A DNA stretch of 64,000 nt from Octopus vulgaris (lineage: Eukaryota), in the NCBI GenBank assembly GCA_951406725.2, contig OX597814.1, forward strand, positions 136,648,001-136,712,000, written 5' to 3'. Below the pieces are notes generated by a model. The model was not told where the DNA came from. It worked only from the letters and a program-made list of their open reading frames with translations, and ran no database searches. Positions 42,485-57,810 of the stretch are shown here, in pieces (positions within the stretch are counted from its first letter, which is position 1; each line of letters opens with the position of its first letter). The position numbers and the translations under genes are program-made.

Positions 42485-44189
42485 AGTGTGTGTGTGAGAG
42501 AGAGACAGACAGACAGACAGAGACAGAGAGACAGAGAAAGAGTAATCAGTGTATGTGAATAATATAAGTGGAGAGCATGATAGCATTAAATGTAGTAAAC
42601 TTGTGCGCAATTGAGAAGTATCTACCAAAATCTTTTTTGGTAAAAGCTGCGACACAAAACCATATTTTGCTTGATGGAATTCATTTTTCCAGAATTTCCT
42701 TTGAAGAGAACAGTAGTCCACAAAAATTAAAAGATGTCAGTTCTTTAATAAAGGTAAAAATGTTACTCTCCATATTGACAGCATATTGTTTTCTTCGTTT
42801 CTCTCAATTGGTAAATTATTTAGACATTACTGGGTCCCGAATCTGATAGTAAGGATGTGAAAACTTGAGAAGTATCTAGTGTGGTTTACCATAGTTGGAG
42901 ATGGAGCATATCTGTGATCGTAATCAGCCAGCTTAAAATCAATGTGGACTGTCATGAGCAAGCTGTTCCCGGATTCTGTATCAATGTTTCTATACTGTTT
43001 TGAGGAAGATTTGGCTGTTATTTCTAACATGATGAGCGACCGCATAAAAGCCTCTTAGTTGCCAGGATGTTATAAATGTGTATGTTGAGGTGATGTAAAT
43101 GTATTTTTTTGATTTTTGTTTTGCTAGTTTTTTTACATCAGAGTGATTGCACTTGTAGCATAAAAATTTTGAGACTTGGGGTTTATTGGTGCAAAAGAAT
43201 ATATATCGATTTAAGTATTATTGTTGCATTATGTAAGTAACATACATTGTGGGGCGAATTTCCAATTTGTTGTTGAGAGATTAAGGAATTCAAACATAGT
43301 TTATGAAAAATCTAATATGTCGTTTGTCCGTTAATGTTGTTGGTTCTGAATTAATTAAATGTACGAACTGTGACATGTAAAATGTCACATGTATTTTACA
43401 TGTTCTCTGATCATTTCAGGTATATTGTAGATAATTCCTAGTGGCTTCGATATCCACGAAGGCGCGTGGCCTAATAATTAGGCTGCTGATCTCATGATTA
43501 TAAGGTCGTCGATTTAATTTCTGAACGGGTTGAGGCATTGAGTCATTGAACAAGGCGCTTTCTTTTATGCTACTCCAGTCTACTCAACTGAAAATAATTA
43601 CCAACTTAGTGCTAGTCCAACCCTTTCTATCTTCAACTGTCACATTCCCGATGTTCCGCAAGGGCCAAAACAGTGTCTATGTCTACTCACAAATAATAGA
43701 CATCTAAAACAGGGAGCGAAAGCGTTGTATATGTGGGTAGCTCATAGTCGCTTGAGAGTGACGGCTATGTTTCCTTTATTTTTGTTACCCATGAGTATAA
43801 TGCAGTTGTTATTTAGCCCCTGACCTATTCTGGTTGAGTAAAACAATATCCTACAGCATTATGTAGCTAAACCTTCATTATCCTATAAGACACATACTTT
43901 TCGAGGCGGAAGAATTTAATCTGAAAGTGAATTGGCTGCAGTTTTTGCAGGTCAAGCAACGGCGTAGAGGCTTTCTCTTTGTTTTGTTCCATGTTTATGT
44001 AATTGAGTGTGATGATCGGTTGTATCTGAGGATTTTGGATGTTGCGAGTAAGAAAGGTAATGATGGATTTGTTGCATTTTTCTATATCTTACACGAATTG
44101 TTGGTTAATGTGTGCTGCTTTAAAATTGGTTTCATATTTTGGCACAAAGTCAGTAGATTTGTGGGAAGAAACTAAGTCGATTAAATCGG

Positions 44190-44560
44190 CTTCAGTGTTC
44201 AACCTGCACTTATTTTATCGACCCCGAAAAGATGAAAGACAAAGTCGATCTCGGCGGAATTTAAACTCATAACGTGAAGACGGACGAAATGCCGCTAAAT
44301 TTTTCGCCCGGCGTGCTAACAATTCTGCCAGCTCGCCGCCTTCCGTGCTGTGCATTAATATTGATATAATGTGTAAGGTGTAAAGCTGGCAGAAATCGTT
44401 AACACGCTGAGCAAAATGTTTAGCGGCATTTCGTTCGTCTTTACTTTCTAATTTCAAATGCCTCTGAGGCCGACTTTGCCTTTCATCCTTTCTGGGTCAA
44501 TAAAATAAGTACTGAATGTAAGATGGGCGTCGATGTAATCGACCGACCTCCTACCCCGAA
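44190..44560. mobile_element. Head-to-head pair of SINE A copies
   Basis: Minus copy ~44190-44340 and plus copy ~44385-44560. Confidence 0.75.
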
Positions 44561-45139
44561 ATATAGTGTGTGATATTATTGGGTCGTTATGTGCTTATTA
44601 TTAAAGCGTTCTGTGACATTATAAGTATGTTATGTGGTGTTATTAGTGTGTTCTGTGGTCTTGTCGGTATGTTGCGTGCAGTTATTAATGTATTGTGCGA
44701 CACTTGTTGTATGATGGTTATAGTAATTGAGCGAATTGTACTAAGTGGTATATATTTGGTATTCTGCATGTCACCGTTCATTTTAGGTGTTCTATAGACA
44801 CAGATTGATATAGAACAAACTTATATGTAAAGACATTCCAACTAGGACCAGTCTGCTTTTTTGTCTTTTTTTCAACAAATATCTTGAACTCAATAATCCA
44901 AAGGTTCTTCCATTTTTCAAGTCGGTAGGGCGTTCTTTGATTTAAAAGATTTTGCTACTTCGTGCTCGTGCTAATGTTAGTGTGTTAGTTTGATAATGTT
45001 TGTATAATGTTTTTCAGTGTATGTATGTTGTATCGTGATCTGTGTTTTGCAATTGTGTAGAAATGTTAATAAGCAGTATGGTGATGTTTGTGTAGTTTAT
45101 GATAAGCTTCCTAGATCTTGCTTGGTAAAGAGGGTGATT

Positions 45140-45610
45140 GTTGGACACCCCGCGGGGCGAAAAATAAGACCCGTCAAAGGGCGGAAGAACTACTGTGTAG
45201 TCAACGGCCAATTCAGCAAGTACCTCGTCAAGGTGAAGTGCCTGCGTGCTCCAGTGACCCGGAGAGCTATGCTGGAGGGAGAGAAATCTTCAGGCAGGTC
45301 TTACCAGGCTAGACAGGTCGAAGTGTCGGAGACCAACAAAACCTTAACTACAATAAATCGAATCGTCGGCAGCAGGGCGTGGATTTAGTTATCGGCAGGA
45401 ACACATCAGATTCCTGGCTTTGAACTAGCAGGATGTCATGCAGAGGATCTTGAATACAAGACAATGGATGAGACCTTAATATTCCTAGTTAGATGGAAAC
45501 TGTGGGACCACATGGAGCAGCACCCTGTGACTCCTATAATATGCGCAACCGAAACCCCTGTGATGAGGCGTCCTATGGGACGACCTAGACGGGATGAGAT
45601 GTACAACAAT
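45140..45610 (+). mobile_element. Possible internally deleted RTE-like LINE remnant
   Basis: RWKLWDHMEQH...RRPMGRPR resembles an RTE C-terminus, preceded by GC-richer UTR-like sequence. Confidence 0.35.
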
Positions 45611-47179
45611 CGATTTGCTCGACTATATCTCTTGCCCAAAAGTTGTGTGACTTTGTGCCAAAGTAATAAACTTATATTACAGTTGTTTATCCCTTACCTT
45701 AAACATGTGGTAGTTCTTATTGTCGAATTGACACATTTTACATAAACTCAAGTTAAATAATGCGTTATTTCAAGGGTGGTGTACCGTCTACGGTAGTATA
45801 TAATGTTTCTAGCTACTACATTTAATTCTCAATATAAGTAATATATTTCAGAGCAAAAGTCAGGAATACTATATAATTAACTAGTGCTTCATTAGCCTGT
45901 AGTGTTAAAGGAGGTCGTTGTTCGAGCTGAGGTCTCAACTAGTTTTATCATCAAACTTGGATCTTCGTTCTGACTATGGACTGGCTGAGATACGATGTCA
46001 ACAATAATCTTCCTCTGTTACCAAGGAACAACGAAAGAGATCTTTCGCTGTCTCATCGTTCTGACATTTAATTTTCAATGTGTCGTTGTGTCCATATCGA
46101 AAGTATGGCTTTCATTTAATACGCCAGAATAAAACAGCCTGGTGGAGCCGGTCTTATTATTGAGTATTTTATTCGTACTTTGAATTGTAGACTATTAATT
46201 AAGTTATACATAACCAAAATTGTAGTGTAAAGTCGAGTCACGTTTAAGTAATATCATTTCCCCTACCCTTTAGTACTTGCAATTTATAGCTGTAAAGATT
46301 AGTTTGGATAAGAGATCGGCTCCAGCGGACCAACTAACACTTGATAATCGTTTGCATAAGACCAAATACCACCACTGTCGATATATTTTATGGCTACCGG
46401 AAAGTAATGTCACATTTTATACAATGAATTCAAATCAACATAAAACATATAGATATATTAATTCATTCAAAATATAGTCATTATCATTAAGAATAACATT
46501 TCCCCACCTCGAAAAATGTTTTTTGGGTCTTCAGGAGGGAAAAAATCAGGCTGTTTAGAAGGAAAAAATGTTTGGAGTCCCTGCTTCGGAATGTTGTTCT
46601 GCTAGTAAAGTGTTCAAGTGACATGAAAAAATGAGGTAGAACTTCCCAGCCTAATTCATTTCTCTTTGGTTGTCTTCGCTTAATCCGGCCTTAATTCCCG
46701 CGGGAAAGCTCATGAGATATCCACTTCTTTTCCCTGTACACTTTCTCAATCTGCTTGAGATTATCTTGCACAGTGGACCAAGGTTTATTAAGCCTCCGGA
46801 ATAAATACCCGATACTTTGACACGGATCTTTTTGTGGTATGACGCCAGACTATTTGCTTGAAAATACAACGCTTTTCGGCACCCTCTAATATTTTCATCC
46901 CTCCGGGTCAAATATGTAAGTACATGTACCACACAATAGTTGATTCAATAAACTGCATTTTTTTAGCTGTGAAAACAGGTTTTTTGTAATGCCGGACGAA
47001 ATGAATGCTTTTCCTAAGTATAGTGAACATGAGGATAAAAAAAAGTAAAGATTTCATTTCTCTGCCCATGAAGGTGTGCAAGTGAGACCTTGATATCTAT
47101 TTCATCGTATGGTGCATCTTGTACTCTATAAATGTATATTTCAGTCCACCAAAACTGTCACAATTTCACCAATACTACT

Positions 47180-47600
47180 TATATTATCCTGGTGACCCGT
47201 GTATAATGAGGCTATTTTCTGTATGTTGTTTATGTGTAAGACTTAATTTCGCTTATGTACTTGTCTACATATTTTTATTATTCCCAAGATACCTATAATT
47301 ATGAACATTATTTGCATTCAATTCCCAAATTCTGGTTATCTCTATTTCTAGATTTTTATATTTGGATAGCTTCTCCATTATATTTGAAGATATATTATTG
47401 TCTATTGGAATTGAAATAGCGATTAATAAACTTTTTCTATCCTCGATAGAATTTGACAATAATATCGAAATGATTTTCTTTAATCTCCATGTCTGTATTA
47501 CTTGGAAAGTCTTTGGCAATCTGTGGAATGGGCTTTTAATGTATATTTTTGCTGTGTCTCCCCTGTGAGTTATTTCATAGGAATAATTTCTGGTGTAAGA
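47180..47600 (-). mobile_element. R4/Dong-clade LINE 3' fragment
   Basis: SLLIAISIPIDNNISSNIMEKLSKYKNLEIEITRIWEL. Confidence 0.7.
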
Positions 47601-48449
47601 AATCTCCAGTTCACGTATGTGTGTGTATGTATGTATGTATGTATGTACCTTTTTTAACTTTTACTTGTTTCATTCATTTGATTGCGACCATGATGTAGCA
47701 CCACATTGAAGAATTTTAGTCTAATAAACTTATTTGATGACCTTAATTTTTTTATCGAACTGTAAACACACCAACGCCGGTTGTCAAGCGGTAGTGATAC
47801 GCGTACACGCGCGCGTGTGTGCGTCTGTGTATGTGTATGTATAACGAACTCAACGAACACTGAGAAGTTCCTGATGTAGATCCAGTAATACTTATATCAA
47901 AACTGTGGATGACATCAGGTAGCCTAAACAGTGAAACTGCTTTAATCGGTATGTATGTATGTATGTATGTATGTATGTATGTATGTATGTATGTATGTAT
48001 GTATGTATGTATGTATGTATGTGTGTGTGAGTGTATGTATGTATGTATGTATGTATGTATGTATGTATGTATGTATGTATGTATGTATGTATGTATGTAT
48101 GTATGTATGTATGTATGTATGTATATGGTGGAGGTCAACTCGTGACCGAGTAAGAGCACTTCCTAAAGTCCGCAAACTTTCCAAGAGTCCAAGAAGTTCC
48201 TGCGCATGAATTTGTTTTGAATGGATGATGTGTTGCAAAGCACTGAACTACTTCTCAACACAATCAACTCTAAAACCAGTGGCGCAACAGAGAACTGCAC
48301 TACAATTTTTATTCTTTTCTTTTTATACGAGTTTATCTTCTCATTGTACGAAGTTCTAACGAGAATTTGGGGTCCTCCACTGGCATTGTTTCACATACTT
48401 ATTGACTCATAGCTGGGACTCTAACAGTTGCTGCTGCTGCTGCTGCTGT

Positions 48450-48484
<35 letters not shown>

Positions 48485-48485
48485 T

Positions 48486-48518
<33 letters not shown>

Positions 48519-48687
48519 GGCTGCTACTGCTGCTACTACTACTACTACTACTACTACTATTACTACAACGGGTCAGTGTAGACCCGGGAGTAATAGTCGC
48601 TAAGAGGTAGTTCCACATCTCTCAAAAGTCTGGAACTCCCGAACCAGAACCTCTCTACCGGAAGCACTTTAAAGTCGTACACAGGAT

Positions 48688-49249
48688 ATACATACGTACA
48701 TGCATGCATGCATGCGTACATACATATTTACATACATTCATACATACATACATACATACATACATACATACCTGTATGCATGCATACGTACATACGTACA
48801 TGCATGCATACATACATACATACATACATACATACATACATACATACATACATACATACATACCTGTATGCATGCATACGTACATACGTACATGCATGCA
48901 TACATACACACACACATACATACATACATACATACATACATACCTGTATGCATGCATACGTACATACGTACATGCATGCATACATACACACACATATGCA
49001 TGTATACATACATACACACATACACACACATATATACATACACACACATACATTCATAAATGCATACATACATATTATACACACACATACATACATACAC
49101 ACACATACATACACACATACATACATACATACATACATACATACATACATACATACATAAACACATACATACATACATACATACATACATACATACATAC
49201 ATACATACATACATACATACATACACACACACATACATACATAAACACA

Positions 49250-49283
<34 letters not shown>

Positions 49284-49398
49284 CATACATATACACGTAC
49301 ACACATACATACATACATACATGCATACATACATACATACATACATACATACATACATACATACATACATACATACATACATACATACATACATACAT
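48688..49398. repeat. (TACA)n microsatellite with a higher-order CCTGTATGCATGCATACGTACATACGTACATGCATGC unit
   Basis: The higher-order unit recurs near 48771, 48863 and 48943. Confidence 0.9.
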
Positions 49399-50329
49399 TA
49401 GTGTCTTTGTGCCTCAATAATGAAAATCGTTTAATATCAGTTTTGGGAAAGATGAGCTTATGATTCACCGACCATTTTATTTTATTAATTCCTTTCATGT
49501 ATTAGCTTTTCTTAACATTGCATAATATCCTTTAGAGTTGGGGTACAGTTTTTAGTGTTAATAGATCTTATTGTTTCTTCTCCGGCATCTGTAGGCCTGC
49601 ATGTTACTTCAACCTCTACTTTAATTTGTTTTGCTTGTTTGTTTTTAAGACAGGAATTTTGTTCGTTTCCATTATGTTCTGTAGTTATGTATATCAGTTA
49701 TCTTTTCTTCTTTATTAGATCATTTTTAACACATAATACCAAAATAAATATTTTGTAATAATTATCTACTGGCAGAAGACCCCCTGCATTCCTGTATTCG
49801 TGGAAAATACGATCTTTGTTGATCGGCTTTTGAGGAGTGCATTTTCTAAATTCTGCCATTAATTTTCTTGTTTTGCTTATTCTCTTAAGTCCTTGTTGAG
49901 AATATTATAACTTCTTAATGAAACAGCTAGAGTATTGATACTTATTCACTAAATTTAACATTTAGCTAAATTTGACATTTAGCTATGATTTAAATATTAT
50001 TCTAATTCATCTATAATATTCTTTCATAACCTTTTCTTGTATTTTTCTGTGTTTTATGTTATATTGTTCATTACTACCTAAGAATATTTAATCCTGTATT
50101 TGGTTTAATTATCTCATCTCTGTTCCTTCAAGTAACAGGATTTAATGGCTTTTATGAATGCTCCCCTCTCTTCTTAAGGTTTCTTTGATATATTACTGCA
50201 CTTGTATTTCTATTGAGTTTGATTTATCGTGTTCTTCCGAAGTTTTAACGCCAAGCAGAAAAAAAGTAAGAAAGAAAGAATATTATTAGAAAATTTAACT
50301 GATAATAAATATTATAATCGTAATATATA

Positions 50330-50620
50330 ACTGGCACTCCATCGGTTACGACGACGAGGGTTCCAGTTGATCCGATCAACAGATCAGCCTGATCGTGAAA
50401 TTAACGTGCAAGTGGCTGAGCACTTCAGTCACACGTACCATTGACGTAGTTCTCAGGGAGATTCAGGGTGACACAGGCTGTGACAAAGCCGGCCCTTTGA
50501 AATAAAGGTACTACTCAATTTCGCCATGCGGGTGGACTGGAGCAACATCAAATAAAGTGTCTTGCTCAAGGACAGAACTCATGACCGTGAGCCGATTGCC
50601 CTAACCACTAATCCACACGC
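50330..50620 (-). mobile_element. SINE with family D head and family C-type tail
   Basis: Minus strand TCCTTGAGCAAGACACTTTATTT...GCTCCAGTCCAC joined to the same tail as 25590-25765. Confidence 0.7.
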
Positions 50621-50859
50621 TTTCACTATAAAGATAATATTTTTGTAATTGATAATAGATATTTTCTACTTTGATTCTTCAAGCCACCTGAGATCATTTA
50701 TGTTTCATATCTCTCTAAGTCCCAAACAAAACTACTTTCACATAAAACTACTTACAACAACTAACTGTTATTTAACAAAACTCTAGTACTCTGCTTCAAA
50801 AACAATAAAATCACTGGTGTAAGTAGAACTGCAATTAACTTTACGGTAAAAACACATAG

Positions 50860-52271
<1,412 letters not shown>

Positions 52272-52275
<4 letters not shown>

Positions 52276-52508
52276 TGAAACCTTAGCGACTGAAGAAGGG
52301 TTTTTTTCGTTGTGTTAATTGTCCTGTACTCCATTTTTTGTTGTTTTTAAAAAAATGTCCAGTTCCTTTGGTTTGTGTCTATGTTTTCGTTTCTCTTTGT
52401 GTTCGACGTCCCTTTGGTGTCCTGTACTCATATATGCGTGTATATGTACATGTAGAGGTAGGTACGTACATATATGTTTATATATATGCATATGTTTTAT
52501 TTCATTTA

Positions 52509-52578
<70 letters not shown>

Positions 52579-52810
52579 TGAAACCTTAGCGACTGAAGAA
52601 GGGTTTTTTTCGTTGTGTTAATTGTCCTGTACTCCATTTTTTGTTGTTTTTAAAAAATGTCCAGTTCCTTTGGTTTGTGTCTATGTTTTCGTTTCTCTTT
52701 GTGTTCGACGTCCCTTTGGTGTCCTGTACTCATATATGCGTGTATATGTACATGTAGAGGTAGGTACGTACATATATGTTTATATATATGCATATGTTTT
52801 ATTTCATTTA

Positions 52811-52863
<53 letters not shown>
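52272..52863 (+). repeat. Tandem duplication (~303-bp period) of a PLE-end-like repeat bounded by (TA)n(GA)n
   Basis: TAGATGAAACCTTAGCGACTGAAGAAGGG... occurs at 52272 and again at 52575. Confidence 0.85.
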
Positions 52864-52865
<2 letters not shown>

Positions 52866-53029
52866 CAGAGTAATCACACAAATGCGAAACAAGGTGTAAA
52901 AAAATAGCACTCGAATACCAGAGGTAGAGTAATGTGGTTTATTAAAAAACAGCAACAATGCAACAATATCACAAAAACTGTTACTCAGATTTTCAAGTTC
53001 CCGTTCGTCCGCCAGTTTTGTTTAGAAAC

Positions 53030-53075
53030 AAAACTGTCCGACGAACGGGAACGTGAAACTCTGAGTAACAGTTTT
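53030..53075 (+). ncRNA. Type I hammerhead ribozyme (CCGACGA core) in one arm of a palindrome
   Basis: AAAACTGT | CCGACGA | ACG-GGAA-CGT | GAAA | CTC-T-GAG | TA | ACAGTTTT, with an 8-bp stem I. Predicted GUA cleavage after 53067. A mutated mirror copy lies at 52974-53019 (minus). Confidence 0.7.
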
Positions 53076-53178
53076 TGTGATATTTTTGTTGCTTTTTAAT
53101 AAAGTATATATCAACAACACGAGGACGTGGAACAAATATAGTATTATTAGACGCTCAGGAAAGAAGGAAAGAAGGAGG

Positions 53179-53213
53179 GTTTAACGTTTCGAGCGGAGCT
53201 CTTCGTCGGAAAC
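53179..53213 (-). ncRNA. Minimal hammerhead-like motif of a PLE terminus
   Basis: Minus strand GTTT | CCGACGA A | GAGC-TCC-GCTC | GAAA | CG | TT | AAAC, with palindromic stem III AACGTT. Confidence 0.55.
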
Positions 53214-53346
53214 ATAGAAGGAAAGATCCAGAGAAGGGAAGACAGAGGGAAAAAATATATATACATACATACATATACATATATACATTCATACATATAT
53301 ATATACATACACAATTATTTGTAGTTAATCTCGGACCATTTGTGTG

Positions 53347-53417
<71 letters not shown>

Positions 53418-53607
53418 AGTGAATTGAAGAAATGGAGTTGAACGAAGATTGAACAGAAATCGTTTTATTGCATTCTACACGTGTTTCGAAAGGCACACCA
53501 TATGGTTGTACCTCCAACCGTGCTGTCTTCTGCTGTGATTTTTGCTACCAAGGTATCGGTTAAACTTTTGATTAATCTGCAACAAGATTATTCATCTTTC
53601 TATTTCA

Positions 53608-53649
<42 letters not shown>

Positions 53650-53652
53650 CAT

Positions 53653-53684
53653 TATGACCCGTCGTTGCCGGGTCATAGTGCTAG
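53653..53684 (+). mobile_element. Helitron 3' terminus
   Basis: Hairpin TATGACCCG-TCGTTGC-CGGGTCATA followed by GTG-CTAG|T. Confidence 0.6.
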
Positions 53685-54116
53685 TGCATGTATATATGTG
53701 TATATATATGTGTAGATATTACATGTACATCTATATATATACATCTGCACATAAAATACAAAATACAAAGTTATATCTTGATATCGCTAGTGATAACAAT
53801 ACTCACAATATATAACAGACTGGAATTGTAGGCCCGTCTCTTGCAATTTCGATCAATTGTATCTTGTCCTCCCTCTTGTATAGAAGTGCGGCTACAATCC
53901 AGCCTACATCTTCTTCTGGGGGGACATTTTTAATTTTTATCCGGGACGTCCTACGTCCCAGATATAAAGGTAAAAATAAAATATTTCCACTTTGCAAGGT
54001 TTTTTCAAGAAGAACCGAAACATGTAAAATGTCTAAGAAAATTAAAACTTATCTTATATAGTGGCGTTTTCAAACTTCTTTTTTATAAATATATAAATAT
54101 ATATATATATATAGAT

Positions 54117-54195
<79 letters not shown>

Positions 54196-54287
54196 CAGAA
54201 GCATATATTCATATGCAGCTAAATGTGTTACAGTGCATATTGTGTGTTTGTCTCAATATGTATGTATGCATGAATATACGTATGTAA

Positions 54288-54318
<31 letters not shown>

Positions 54319-54846
54319 CGTATGTATGCATGTGTGTGTGTATGTATGTATGTATGTATGTATCTGTTCGTGGACACATAGAAGTTAGTATATACAAATG
54401 ATAAGAAATATGCTTTCGAGCTAATATCTGTCTTCACCTTGATATTTTTATACTTACGCGCTGAATCCTGTCTGTGAGGTTTCTTCGCAGACATGTACAG
54501 TGCAAGATTTGAGACCACAATTATTATTTGATTTGTCATACTTGTTCAGCAACAATTATGTTGCATGTTTTATAGTGTTTCAATTTATTAAATTTTCTTT
54601 TATAAAATATTATTCATTTGACTGAAGTTACCGCTTTACGCATAACTCAAATTAAAAGTAAAATATCTCTCCACGACAAAGATTATGCTTTTTCTTTCCC
54701 GGCGGCGGTTTAACACTGTCTCGAATAATCATTTTCAATAAATTAATGAATTTCAACAAAAAGAAAAAGAAATAGAAACGAAAATAATTTAGTAGATGTC
54801 AACGAAAGAATAGAACTTTTCTCTTTCTCTCCGTGTCTCTGTACAC

Positions 54847-54947
<101 letters not shown>

Positions 54948-55137
54948 GCATGTATGTATGCGTGTGCATTTATGTACAGCTTTGACTGTGTACATGTGCA
55001 TTTATGTATATATATATACATACATACAAATACAAATTCGTCTACTTGCAGATATGTATATATATATATGAATGCTTGTGTGCCTCTCTGTCTCTTTCAC
55101 TCTTCCACTTTCACTCTCTCTCCCTCCCTCTCTAGAT

Positions 55138-55215
<78 letters not shown>

Positions 55216-55788
55216 CTATTCACATGCGCACATATTCTATGACGTACAGATGTCTCATCATTTCTTTTTGTTCGTTTTCATTGAACAATGAATAACGAGA
55301 CAGCTTTCACCTGACAAGATGAAGCAATCATTTAATATACGCATGTACGTATGTTTGTATGTATATCATTATTCAGGTTTATTTCAAGAGAAAGAGCCGG
55401 TTTCTGACCTAGATCCAAGGCTCTTTCATTGGAATTTCAACATCAACAACAGGGTATTTTTGTATGTATGTATGTACGTATGTGCGTATGTATATATATA
55501 TATGTATATGTATGTATGTGTGCGTATATATAACTGTATGCATATATCCATGTATTAATGATCCTTAAGACGTATGCAAAAAATCAAACCCCTAGAACGC
55601 GCCGACGTCGTGTTGCTAGCGGCTGCGGTACCTTCTCTGTATGATATTGACTTCAAGTCTAGTAATGACCACACACCCCTATATCAGTTAGTCACTAATA
55701 TTCACACTGATACAAATTAGCATTGGTAAAACCTTTCCTATAGAAAAACATTTAGATTCTCCTTACCCAATAAACACACGATCAGGAA

Positions 55789-55821
<33 letters not shown>

Positions 55822-56415
55822 TGTGTGTGTGTATGTTTGTATGTATGTATATGTATATATAGTATTTATAAATCACAGTATGTGTGTTTATATGTGTATA
55901 TTGTCTAACATATACATTTCCACAATTCTCAACCGATTTTCACCAAACTTTACACGCACATTACTTATGTCCGAAGGATGGTCATGCATTATAACTTTTT
56001 ACCCAGAGCTCCTGCGTAAAAAGACAAACCGGAAAGAACGGTGGTTTTCACGCGTTTTTCTCTAATTCATTGTATGTACATAGTTTTTTGTATGTATGAT
56101 CTTCCATACTTTTTTAGTCTATATGGTCGTATATTGGAATTAGAGAATATTTTTAGTGGTTTTCACATTTTTTTTTAATTTGTCTATTTATTTATTTCGA
56201 CTGTCCACCTGCGACTGTAATTAAATTGACCAGGAACACTGTACGCAGTGAGTATGCAATACCAAACAATCTTAATCTCCATATTTAAATTACTTTGGTA
56301 AGCTTAACTTTACCTATTCTGAGTTACTTGAAATGTGATGTTCTCTTCCCTCTTGTCTATTTGTTGATACCTTTACTTACCTACCAATGCGTTGTTTCAC
56401 TCTAAGGATGCTTAT

Positions 56416-57290
56416 TCACCCATCCATTACGAAGTTGTGGTTGATGCATCCTGGGATCTCTTCTGGGTATTTTTCTGGCCAGAAGCTGATTGCTTCTATA
56501 CCATAATCATGTGGGATGTTGCTGTACAAGTTCACCACATCGAATGATACTAACAGGGTTCCTTCATTCATTGTTTTCGTGGGATGGTTAAACATGTTTA
56601 AATCACCCCTGATGAAGCTTTTCACATATTTTTAAAATGGTTTGAGTAAGATATCGAGGAAATTGCTCAAACGATGGGTTTCACAAGCAGGACCAGGAAT
56701 GATGGGTCTTAGTTTGAGGTCAGTAGGGGGGGGGGGGACATTAATGCATAGGCTCGGAAAATCTTTGCAAGCTTTACTAATATGTAAATTTTTGTGTATT
56801 TTAGGTAATCCGTAGAATAGACTTAGTTTGTATTTAAATTTGGATAAATAGTCAATTTCTTTTTTAGTGAGGCCCTTTCCATATATTTGAAGTAAGGAGG
56901 ATAAGTTTTTAAGTGTCTTCTGTGGATTATAGTGCTCTATCTTCTCATAGTAAATATTGGTTTCCAACATGAAGAGTATTAATTTTTTATAGTACTCGAT
57001 TAAGATTTTCCATTCCTTTGTGTTGAGGTTGGATTTAATTCGTTGTTTTTGCAGGGTATTAAATGGAAAATTGGTAATGTGTTTACGAAAGTCATCAAGT
57101 GCTTTATTTCTGCCTTTTGTAGGACAGTATTCGCTTTTGAATTTTACTATTGAGTCATCTTTGCTGATGTAGTTGTGAAGTGCTTCTGTGAGGCGCAATT
57201 TTCGGCAAAAATCCATAGAGTTATCTTTGACTTCATTTGGGTTCGATCTGCGAGGGGTTGGTGTAAACTTCAAACCTCTTGCTAGAATTT
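56416..57290 (-). mobile_element. Penelope-like element reverse transcriptase fragment
   Basis: LKFTPTP...FCRKLRL, FYGLPKIHK, LRPII...LSNFLDILLKPF and LVSFDVVNLYSNIPHD are PLE RT signatures. There is an in-frame stop at ~56632. Confidence 0.88.
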
Positions 57291-57810
57291 TAGCTTGTGT
57301 AATACTTAGGATTTTCTTTGATAAGATGATTATTTTCGGTTGTTCATGTATATTTTGTTCCGTTTCACATCTCTGTTTCTTTGATTTAGATCTAAAAAAT
57401 GGTTGTAGTAGGTTTATCGTCTTACGGAGATGTTCTTCCGCTTTTGAAGGGCCCGTGCCACTTGAAATATTGCGTACAACCCGTTGCTTCGTCGCCGTAA
57501 GCTTCCTGAAGCATGGTCAATGTCTCTGTAACAGACTTCCAAAGTTCAACACAAAAGTTCACGCTGGTTCTTTGTTCCAACTTCCTGTCCATGACAAAAA
57601 TCGCAGGCTACAGCATACACGTGATCGCAAGAACACAAATTTCACAAGTTGCGAAGTAAACATAGTGATGTTACTCGGCACAGTGCTTCATGAAGGTAAG
57701 GTCACTACTAGCCCTCACTGTGCAAGCAAGTATGTGCCGTGATCTGTTGGCGTGCTACAGAACTAGTCCAGGAACTTTTTGATATCACCTGGTGTATTTA
57801 TATATAGATA

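Noticed and set aside
40881-43045. Host exons in ORFs 40881-41165, 42568-42846 and 42827-43045
   Set aside because: No recognisable domain or consistent splice structure. Small exons cannot be excluded without RNA-seq.
48655-49498. Long ORFs (up to 256 aa) and similar YI/CV/poly-residue ORFs across the window
   Set aside because: They are translations of di-, tri- and tetranucleotide repeats that lack stop codons.
49500-50250. R4/Dong N-terminal remnant on the minus strand
   Set aside because: Composition is suggestive, but no diagnostic motif survives.
53803-53997. LINE ORF1-like or host exon (IKIKNVPPEEDVGWIVAALL)
   Set aside because: Too short and isolated to assign without a database search.
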